A DNA stretch of 64,000 nucleotides from Bdellovibrionia bacterium (GTDB taxonomy: Bacteria > Bdellovibrionota > Bdellovibrionia > Bdellovibrionales > JAUICD01), in the NCBI GenBank assembly GCA_030427965.1, contig JAUICD010000006.1, positions 6,769 to 70,768 of the forward strand. Reading direction: 5' to 3'. This document shows positions 57,363 to 64,000 of this stretch, one piece after another; position 1 is the first letter of the stretch, and each line of letters starts with the position of its first letter. The translations under genes were made by a program, and so were the position numbers. The notes beneath the pieces are model-generated. The model worked only from the letters and a program-made list of their open reading frames with translations, was not told where the DNA came from and made no database searches.

Positions 57363-59088
57363 CATGGTTTCAAGTCTAGCAAATCAATTTCGAACGTGTG
57401 GGGTCACGGGGCTCAAAGTCGATCGAACGGCTGAAAACTTAATCAAAATCAATGCTGTCGTAGCAGTGGTCTGTCTTCTTATTGGTGTTCTTGCTGCTAT
57501 TGGGTTGGTTTTGACTCGTTGGCAGGCTGTTCACTTGCTTGATCCAGTGATGTTTTATCGGTTTTTGACGGCTCATGGTCTTAATATGTTGATTTTCTTT
57601 ATCATATTTTTCGAAATGGCTGTTTTGTATTTTGCTGGGCCCGTGATGTTGTCGTGTCGATTGCCTGCACCTAAATTGGGATGGACATCGTTTATTCTCA
57701 TGCTTTTAGGAATGATCATTGTGAACTATACAGTGGCTGTTGGGCAAGCCGATGTTCTTTTCACTTCGTATCCCCCACTTAAAGCACACCCACTTTATTA
57801 TTTAGGAATCATTTTATTTGCAGTGGGTGCATTGATAGTGTGTGGGCTTTTCTTTGCGACCCTGGTGGTTGCAAAGAAAGAGAAAACGTATGAAGGACAA
57901 ATTCCTTTGGTTACCTTTGGAGGGCTAACTGCAGCAATTATTGCGGTGATCACTCTTCTTCATGGTGCTGCGATTTACATTCCCACTTTTTTGTGGTCAT
58001 TGGATTTGATGGCAATGGACCCTCAGCTTTATCGTTTGATCTTTTGGGGTTTGGGACATTCATCGCAACAGATCAATGTTGCTGCGATGGTTTCCATTTG
58101 GTATCTCCTTGCTGCGCTCACTGTTGGGGGAGTGGTTCTAAATGAAAAGGTCAGTCGAATGGCCTTTGTCCTTTATATTTTGTTTATTTCAATGGCCTCA
58201 GCTCATCACCTTTTGGTGGACCCAGGATTTGGTGCGGCTTGGAAGGTGTGGAACACGAGCTATGCGATGTATCTTGCCGTTCTTGCAAGTATGATTCATG
58301 GATTTACAGTTCCAGCTGGTATTGAAATGGGACAGAGGTTGAATGGATTCACAAAGGGAGTTTTTGGATGGTTGAAAAATGCTCCATGGAGTGATCCAGG
58401 GTTTTCTGGAATGGTTCTTTCTGTTGTGATCTTTGGTTTCATGGGTGGTATTACTGGTGTGACAATCGGTACTGAGCAGATCAATATTCTTGCCCACAAT
58501 ACTCTTCGTATACCCGGACACTTTCATGTGACTGTTGTTGGAGGAACTGCGCTCGCATTCATGGCTGTAACTTACTATGTTTTGCCTTTGATTTTTCAAA
58601 AACGAGTGGCGTTCTGGGGACTTGCAAAAATTCAACCCTATATATTTGCTGGGGGTATTTCAGTGATGGGTATGGCAATGACCTTTCAAGGTATTTTTGG
58701 CGTACCAAGAAGACACTTTGATATCACAAGTGCTGGGGCTCCATTTTCACCTGAATTTCATCCTGCCGTGAACCTTCTTCAGGCTGTTATGGGAGTGGCT
58801 GGCCTTGTTGCAGCTGTTGGTGTATTGGCATTTATTGCCATAGCTGTTGTAACTGTATTTTTTGGCAAGAAGATGACAGCTTCAGATATTGAGGCAAAAG
58901 CTTCTGGTATACCACAAGGTGTGCTTCGTTTACCAAAGCAGCAATATACAGCAAGTGAAGTTGAGGCTGTTCACAATGCTGGTGGAGCAAGGGGAACTAT
59001 GGTTCTTGTTGGTATTTTTCTTGTGTGTTTTGTGGCTTACTATTTTGTAAACTGGAAAATGTTGTCTTTCTTGTGGAAGATTGGGTAG
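57355..59088 (+). CDS. heme-copper oxidoreductase subunit I (B-family-like, active-site Tyr absent)
   Basis: ATG 57355 is preceded by GAGGAGG and overlaps the subunit II stop by 8 nt. His ligands: LTAHGLNML (helix II), FWGLGHSSQQ (helix VI), MASAHHLLVD (helix VII) and IPGHFHVTVVGG (helix X). Polytopic throughout, with an extra C-terminal TM. Confidence 0.85.
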   Translation: MSSMVSSLANQFRTCGVTGLKVDRTAENLIKINAVVAVVCLLIGVLAAIGLVLTRWQAVHLLDPVMFYRFLTAHGLNMLIFFIIFFEMAVLYFAGPVMLSCRLPAPKLGWTSFILMLLGMIIVNYTVAVGQADVLFTSYPPLKAHPLYYLGIILFAVGALIVCGLFFATLVVAKKEKTYEGQIPLVTFGGLTAAIIAVITLLHGAAIYIPTFLWSLDLMAMDPQLYRLIFWGLGHSSQQINVAAMVSIWYLLAALTVGGVVLNEKVSRMAFVLYILFISMASAHHLLVDPGFGAAWKVWNTSYAMYLAVLASMIHGFTVPAGIEMGQRLNGFTKGVFGWLKNAPWSDPGFSGMVLSVVIFGFMGGITGVTIGTEQINILAHNTLRIPGHFHVTVVGGTALAFMAVTYYVLPLIFQKRVAFWGLAKIQPYIFAGGISVMGMAMTFQGIFGVPRRHFDITSAGAPFSPEFHPAVNLLQAVMGVAGLVAAVGVLAFIAIAVVTVFFGKKMTASDIEAKASGIPQGVLRLPKQQYTASEVEAVHNAGGARGTMVLVGIFLVCFVAYYFVNWKMLSFLWKIG

Positions 59089-59120
59089 AGAATTTGAATC
59101 AAAATTCATTTCAAGGACCG

Positions 59121-59993
59121 ATGAATAAATCGGTCCTTTTTCTTTTCTTTTTATGGATCTTTGCCACCTGCTTTTGGTGGGGCTTTGCTTTTTTAAAACT
59201 TCCTGGGCCGACACCAGAGTGGCTGCTTGAGGCACAAGTGGTGTGTTTTGGAGAGACAGCGACAGGGTTACCTGATGCAGATGGGTGGCGAGCTCTTGTT
59301 TTTCCACCTCTTTTTATGATTGTAAGCTTGGTCTTTGTTTTTTTTCAAGATCTCAAGACTTCGCTAGAAACCTTGCTGCACTCAAATTTTGGAAGAGTGG
59401 CCGCTATTACTATAGTCGGTCTTATTGCAATAGAGGGAGCTCTTATTGTTCGTACGGTGGTGAATCGCTGGCCAATATCTGAGAACACAGTTGCAAATTC
59501 AGTCAATTTGCCCTTGAGGTACCCTAAAACTGAAATTAAAATTGAGGATTTTGATTTGATCAATCAGAATGAGTCAAAATTTGGGTTAAAGGATTTAAAA
59601 GGGAAGAAGTCAGTTTTGACTTTCGCATTTGCTAACTGTGACTCGATTTGTCCACTTGTTGTTAAAAACTGTGTTGAAGCAGTGAGAGAATTTGAAGAAA
59701 AAGACTTTCAGCTTGTGATTGTTACCTTAGACCCCTGGAGAGATTCTCCGAGTCGTCTTCGAGCGGCAATCAAAATGTGGGAGGCTACGGACAACACCCA
59801 TTTCTTGAGTGGAGAAGTGAAGCAGGTTGAGGAAGTACTAAAGAGTTTTAATGTGGCTTATGATCGAAACGAGAAAACGGGATTTATTTCTCATCCGGGA
59901 CTCGTGTATGTTGTGAATGAGGATGGAAGAATCTCTTACAGTTTTAATAACCCAAGTCGCCAGTGGCTTAAGGATGCGTTGAATAGGTTATGA
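59121..59993 (+). CDS. membrane-anchored Sco1/SenC-family copper chaperone/thiol-disulfide protein
   Basis: ATG 59121 is preceded by AAGGA. Hydrophobic segments (VLFLFFLWIFATCFWWGFAFL and others) precede a thioredoxin-like domain. That domain has LTFAFANCDSICP (CxxxC) and SHPGLVYVVNEDG. Confidence 0.75.
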   Translation: MNKSVLFLFFLWIFATCFWWGFAFLKLPGPTPEWLLEAQVVCFGETATGLPDADGWRALVFPPLFMIVSLVFVFFQDLKTSLETLLHSNFGRVAAITIVGLIAIEGALIVRTVVNRWPISENTVANSVNLPLRYPKTEIKIEDFDLINQNESKFGLKDLKGKKSVLTFAFANCDSICPLVVKNCVEAVREFEEKDFQLVIVTLDPWRDSPSRLRAAIKMWEATDNTHFLSGEVKQVEEVLKSFNVAYDRNEKTGFISHPGLVYVVNEDGRISYSFNNPSRQWLKDALNRL

Positions 59994-61369
59994 TTATAGA
60001 TTTATTGAAAACTCCAATTGCGTACATAGACCGTCTCTTTGTTTGGATTTATGGAACAAAGTTAAACCCTCTTCAGAGATCAGGAGCACTAACAGTAGGG
60101 ATTTTAATTTCCGTAATTGTATCTGGAACCTACTTACTTTTTTTCTATAGTGTGGGGGACCCTCATGGTTCTCTGATTGAAATTGAAAATCAATGGTATC
60201 TTGGTAAATGGATCCGCAGTTTTCACCGATATGCTTCAGATTTGGCTGTGTTGGTTGTGATTTACCACTCACTTTCTATGCTTGTTCAGAGAAGGTCTTG
60301 GGGACCAAGGACGTTGGCTTGGTTGAGTGGAACATTTCTTATGTGTTCACTGTTTATTTCAGGCTGGACTGGGTTTGTGATGGTTTGGGATGCTCACGGA
60401 CAAGAAATGGCTCAAGAAGGGGCACGTCTTTTTCAACTTGTTCCTTTCTTACGAGAAGATCTTGTGGCCTCTTTTTCAGGTGAGAACCCAATACCTGGCT
60501 CCTTCTTCTTTATGAATCTCTTTCTTCACGTTGCAGTACCTCTTGGTATGGTGATTGGACTTTGGATTCATATTTCAAAGATGGGGTCTGTTAAGATTTT
60601 TCCAAATTCACTCGTTTTCAAACTTTTAGTGGGATCTCTTATTTTGGCAAGCCTGCTTTTTCCTGCCCCACTTCTTAAAGAAGGGGATCTTGGAGCTATT
60701 GTTGGAACAATTCCATTTGACATATGGTTTGGATTTTTCTTGCCAATAAGCAAGACTCTTTCACCTTTGCTGAGCGTAGGTATTGTGGCTTTTGGACTTC
60801 TAACAATGGTGACCGCTATTTATTGGTCAGCCCCAAAGGACCGAAATGGAAAACTGACTCCTTTGCAGCGTCCTGAATTTCATCCATCGAGCGGGCGGGT
60901 TTACTTTAAGAGTGTTATTGGAAGTTTGTTTTTTTTGGGAATAGTTTTAATGGGAAGCCAAATTCCTATAAAGATGAACGATGCTCAAGCCATTTTACGG
61001 TTGAACTTCAGATTTGCAAACCTGAGAAAAAGAGATTGTCACAAACCTACGACTTTAGAAAAGGGTGATAAGCTTTCTCATATGCAGCTTCAAGAGATTT
61101 GTGTGACAGATCACATTCTATATGGGGTGCGTGTATATGTTGATTCGGAAAAAATTTATGATGAAGTGGTCAGAGATACGAGGTCAGAGCAACATAAATT
61201 TCGTCTCAATATGGACTACGATCTCAAGCCAGGAGAGCATGCGATTGATATTGAGATTGTCGCAAAAAATGAAGCGGGCGAAACTCTTAATCGCAAGTCG
61301 CTTCATCGTAACTTTGAATTTGAAAAGGGAAGAATTCGGTTGATCAGTTTTGATGGTGGTTTTAAGTAG
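59990..61369 (+). CDS. cytochrome b/b6 N-terminal-domain protein (di-heme) with additional TMs and a ~130-aa C-terminal soluble domain
   Basis: 459 aa. IRSFHRYASDLAVLVVIYHSLSM and FFFMNLFLHVAVPLGMVIGLWIHISK give two His pairs, each 14 residues apart, as in cytochrome b helices B and D. SGWTGFVMVWD resembles the helix C region. ATGA overlap with the Sco gene. Confidence 0.7.
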   Translation: MIIDLLKTPIAYIDRLFVWIYGTKLNPLQRSGALTVGILISVIVSGTYLLFFYSVGDPHGSLIEIENQWYLGKWIRSFHRYASDLAVLVVIYHSLSMLVQRRSWGPRTLAWLSGTFLMCSLFISGWTGFVMVWDAHGQEMAQEGARLFQLVPFLREDLVASFSGENPIPGSFFFMNLFLHVAVPLGMVIGLWIHISKMGSVKIFPNSLVFKLLVGSLILASLLFPAPLLKEGDLGAIVGTIPFDIWFGFFLPISKTLSPLLSVGIVAFGLLTMVTAIYWSAPKDRNGKLTPLQRPEFHPSSGRVYFKSVIGSLFFLGIVLMGSQIPIKMNDAQAILRLNFRFANLRKRDCHKPTTLEKGDKLSHMQLQEICVTDHILYGVRVYVDSEKIYDEVVRDTRSEQHKFRLNMDYDLKPGEHAIDIEIVAKNEAGETLNRKSLHRNFEFEKGRIRLISFDGGFK

Positions 61370-62667
61370 CCCATTTTAGAGAGCAGAACAAAAAACAGAG
61401 CACCACCAAAAAGCGCCATAAGTCCTCCAAAACCCATGACTGCAAGTCCTATGTATTGCTCGGTCTTGTGTAAGAGTTGTTCGTTGCCAAATGTTTTTCT
61501 TCCCAAACCATGAATCCCCGCATATGCAAATCCGATGCAGAAAGTAAATTGCCCGGTACCAAAAATAAGGGGTTGCTTGGAAATCCATTGGGATACGAAA
61601 GAGCTTTGGTTTTGTGGCATAGATTTTTGAATGAGAATGTATGACAAACACATAAAGGCAAGTATCACAGCTCCTGTTGTGGCGTGATAGTGGGCTGGGA
61701 TAAGTGTGTTGGATTCGCGAATTTGTGAACCTAGAAGAAACCCCAGTATGAGCAAAAGAGCACTCGACATAATCCCTGTGAACTCGAGTTCCTTTCCTTC
61801 AAAAGGTTTTTCTGAATTCAAGACTTTATGAATCATGAGTATGAGTACGATTGTAGCACTTGGCCATGTGGCCCATTTCATCAAAAGAGAAAAACCGAAT
61901 TGGTAATTGAGGCTTGTTGTTCCTTCATAAAGGAGTGCTGCTGTAGCTATTGTTGGGACGACAATGAGTGCAAAGAGAGTTCTGGCGACTCTTGCTTCAA
62001 TAAGAGCGCTTCCAGTCATTTGTTTGTATAAAATGAGCCAAACGACAATGAGAAGTGCAATATTGGCCATTTGAAGTATGTGCCCAGGACCCCAAAAGAG
62101 AAGTTCGTAGTAGTTTTTGAGTTCTTGATGAAAGGGGGAGGTGATGAAAGCTCCGATAAAGACCAATATGCTAAGGATATAGAGAAAGGCAGAGGCTTTG
62201 AGTCCGATTGCTGAGCCTATATCGAGCAATTGCTCGTCAGAAAATGTTTGAGATGAAATTTTTGAAAAAAGAACATCGACAATAGATGCGGCCACTCCAA
62301 ACATAAAGGTAGATAGCCCAAAGAGAAACAAGTTCCCATGGATAACAGGTATGTAGTTGGAAAGAACTGGGGTCGTATCACTAGAGAAGGCGCCGATGAT
62401 GAGAAAAACAATTCCAAGTGTTGAGATTCGATAAAAGAGGGGGCGAAATACTTTTTGTGGAAAGAGGTGGCAAAGGGCAGCAAGATTTCCGATAAACCAA
62501 CAGCTAAGTGTTAAGGTGACGTGGACGACGAGGCATTTTTTTGCAAAAACAGGATTCCCGATAATTGCATTTATGCCAGGAGCTCTTCCTAGGATTAGGA
62601 CAATTGAAAACAGCCCCCCTAAAAGAAGGCTAACAATTGAGAGTGACAACCAGTTCATTGTTTTCAT
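61303..62667 (-). CDS. heme-copper-oxidase subunit-I-like polytopic membrane protein, degenerate (CuB His-His pair missing)
   Basis: 454 aa, about 12 TM. By-eye homology to the 57355-59088 product: LLFWGPGHILQMANIAL vs LIFWGLGHSSQQINVAA, and IPAHYHATTGAVILAF vs IPGHFHVTVVGGTALAF. The region aligned to MASAHHLL reads IATAALLY. Confidence 0.5.
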   Translation of the reverse strand: MKTMNWLSLSIVSLLLGGLFSIVLILGRAPGINAIIGNPVFAKKCLVVHVTLTLSCWFIGNLAALCHLFPQKVFRPLFYRISTLGIVFLIIGAFSSDTTPVLSNYIPVIHGNLFLFGLSTFMFGVAASIVDVLFSKISSQTFSDEQLLDIGSAIGLKASAFLYILSILVFIGAFITSPFHQELKNYYELLFWGPGHILQMANIALLIVVWLILYKQMTGSALIEARVARTLFALIVVPTIATAALLYEGTTSLNYQFGFSLLMKWATWPSATIVLILMIHKVLNSEKPFEGKELEFTGIMSSALLLILGFLLGSQIRESNTLIPAHYHATTGAVILAFMCLSYILIQKSMPQNQSSFVSQWISKQPLIFGTGQFTFCIGFAYAGIHGLGRKTFGNEQLLHKTEQYIGLAVMGFGGLMALFGGALFFVLLSKMGYLKPPSKLINRILPFSNSKLR

Positions 62668-63105
62668 ACTTTAAGAAAAATTAGCCCAATTTTGAGATTT
62701 AGAACACCTCTTTTTGTGATTGAATATAAATAGTAAAATTTAAGAATTTTTAATTTGAATTTGGATAAATTCTCAAAACAATTTTGTTAAATATATTGTA
62801 ATAAAACGCTTGGGTTAGAAGGTTTCCTAAAGAACCAACGATTGATCCATAAAAAACACAACAAAGAAGCCATGAAGTTGCAACGAATTTTACCGTGAAG
62901 GCGGATTTGAAGCTTGTGAAAGTTCATCCATATAGATTAGAAAACTTTTCTTCAAACTTGTAAAAATAATACACTCATTTCTCGATCAAATTTTGAACTC
63001 AAAAATTCAAGCTTTGTGAAATTCAAATATACTTGCTAGTGGATAATATATTCATCAAGTGCGTGATAAATTGCGGAGTAGAAAAAATAATGTTATTGCC
63101 AATTT

Positions 63106-63777
63106 ATGAGTAGGTGTACGTTACTTATAACTATTGTTTTGATGGTGAACAATATTGAGGCTAGTGAAAGCTTTCAATCACAATGTGGATTGGCACTTAG
63201 CCCGGTGGTCATCCAATCCAAGCCGCAGGACCTCATGGGCATTGATCCTTTGTTTCGATTGATCGACACGAGAGTTTCGGAAAAAACTATTTCCATTCTT
63301 AATTGGTCCCCTGAGACTGAAGATGCCAATGATGACAAAGTCGAAATCACTATTGCTAGAGTTGTTCGGGGAATTTGTGGACATGCCTGGCACAACGCAA
63401 CTCAACACGGGCACCTATGGGAGTTTGATTCAACGGTGCCCAGAGAAGAGAGGCCAGATGTCCCGGTGGTCTTTTCTTGGAGAGAAAGTGTCAATGGACT
63501 TCATATTCAGATTTCGAATAATCGTTTCTATAAATTTCCTCAATCACTTGAAAAGAAATTTATTGCAGGAAGTTCTTTGTTACCCGAAATTTCGGATAAT
63601 GAACGTATGGGGTACACTGGACAGGGGGGAGCACATAAAATCATGATTGCACTACTAAATGGACTAGAAATTGAATCCTCTTCAATACAGCCAACCATTG
63701 AATGGGTTGGAAGCGAGGGTCAAATGGTTCATTTTCAACTCTTTCTTCCCAGTGCTTTACTAAAGCACTATAACTGA
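63106..63777 (+). CDS. hypothetical protein with N-terminal hydrophobic leader
   Basis: 223-aa ORF after a 438-bp AT-rich intergenic region. N-terminus MSRCTLLITIVLMVNNIEA. There is a weak, unconvincing resemblance to GHKL ATPase N-box (WHNATQHG). Confidence 0.4.
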   Translation: MSRCTLLITIVLMVNNIEASESFQSQCGLALSPVVIQSKPQDLMGIDPLFRLIDTRVSEKTISILNWSPETEDANDDKVEITIARVVRGICGHAWHNATQHGHLWEFDSTVPREERPDVPVVFSWRESVNGLHIQISNNRFYKFPQSLEKKFIAGSSLLPEISDNERMGYTGQGGAHKIMIALLNGLEIESSSIQPTIEWVGSEGQMVHFQLFLPSALLKHYN

Positions 63778-64000
63778 AAAAGGTGTTTGAATTTGGTGCT
63801 TCCTGAGTAACTGTCCCGTTAAATCTATAATCGCCTCTGGTAAAATTTTTGATGCTTGATGCCAAGTGTATTGTTGGTTTATTTAGCGAAGCTACCGCAT
63901 ATGGGTGTCGATAACTCCGCTGAAGTACTTGTTTTACATGAAAGGTGACACACACTGAGCAGGTACTGCAGATAGTGGTATTGGATTCACAGTAATGATA

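Noticed and set aside
63106-63777. Possible GHKL/anti-sigma-kinase-like ATPase motifs in the hypothetical protein (WHNATQHG as N-box, GYTGQGG as G-box).
   Set aside because: The DxGxG box is absent (ISNNRF), the spacing is unverified, and an N-terminal hydrophobic leader would be odd for such a kinase. The resemblance is too weak to report as a call.
63641-64000. Minus-strand reading frame that stays open to the right edge of the window (…YHYCESNTTICSTCSVCVTFH…VVQS*). The track lists it as 63641-63955.
   Set aside because: It could be the 3' end of a gene continuing beyond the window. However, it overlaps the 63106-63777 ORF by 137 nt, has no recognisable motifs, and cannot be evaluated without the flanking sequence.

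Overview
Low-GC bacterial chromosomal window. All calls come from reading the ORF translations and DNA by eye, with no database search. I saw no rRNA, CRISPR array, transposase or integrase.

(1) About 1-38.3 kb is one large Wzx/Wzy-type surface-polysaccharide (O-antigen or capsule-like) locus. It contains:
- a nucleotide-heptose operon: GmhA, an HldE-like enzyme with swapped domain order, a HAD-kinase fusion, an SDR, a methyltransferase and an aminotransferase;
- a WbpG-HisH-HisF amidotransferase triad;
- a pseudaminic-acid pathway: PseB, PseC, PseF-like and PseG, with PseI 7 kb away on the other strand;
- AsnB-like and FemAB-like tailoring enzymes;
- WecB/WecC, ManC and a NodU/CmcH carbamoyltransferase with an SxtJ-like membrane partner;
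- several GT4 glycosyltransferases, including a GT4-GT9 fusion, plus Wzy-like and Wzx-like proteins.
The locus ends next to tRNA-Arg(UCU) at 39102-39178.

(2) 39.4-54.6 kb holds mixed housekeeping and accessory genes: NhaA, two paralogous VWA-type lipoproteins, an MBL hydrolase, FolE, HemB, a flavoprotein, an OmpR-type regulator lacking the phospho-acceptor Asp, a penicillin-acylase-family hydrolase, NUDIX, an LplT-acyltransferase fusion and a CBS-PAS protein.

(3) 55.2-62.7 kb is the most unusual part: a compact heme-copper oxidoreductase (HCO) module.
- It encodes a DUF420-Sco-PCuAC triple fusion, an unannotated 48-aa transmembrane (TM) peptide, a CuA subunit II, a subunit I, a second Sco, and a di-heme cytochrome b-like protein with an extra C-terminal domain.
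- Subunit I keeps all six His ligands but lacks the active-site Tyr (GHSSQQ instead of GHP.VY).
- A convergent, degenerate subunit-I paralogue lacks the CuB His-His pair.
- No c-type heme motif occurs anywhere in the module.
- I consider this a candidate NO-reductase-like or otherwise uncharacterised HCO system.

Taxon cannot be determined from here. Start codons are often uncertain because the ORF track uses TTG/GTG extensions.
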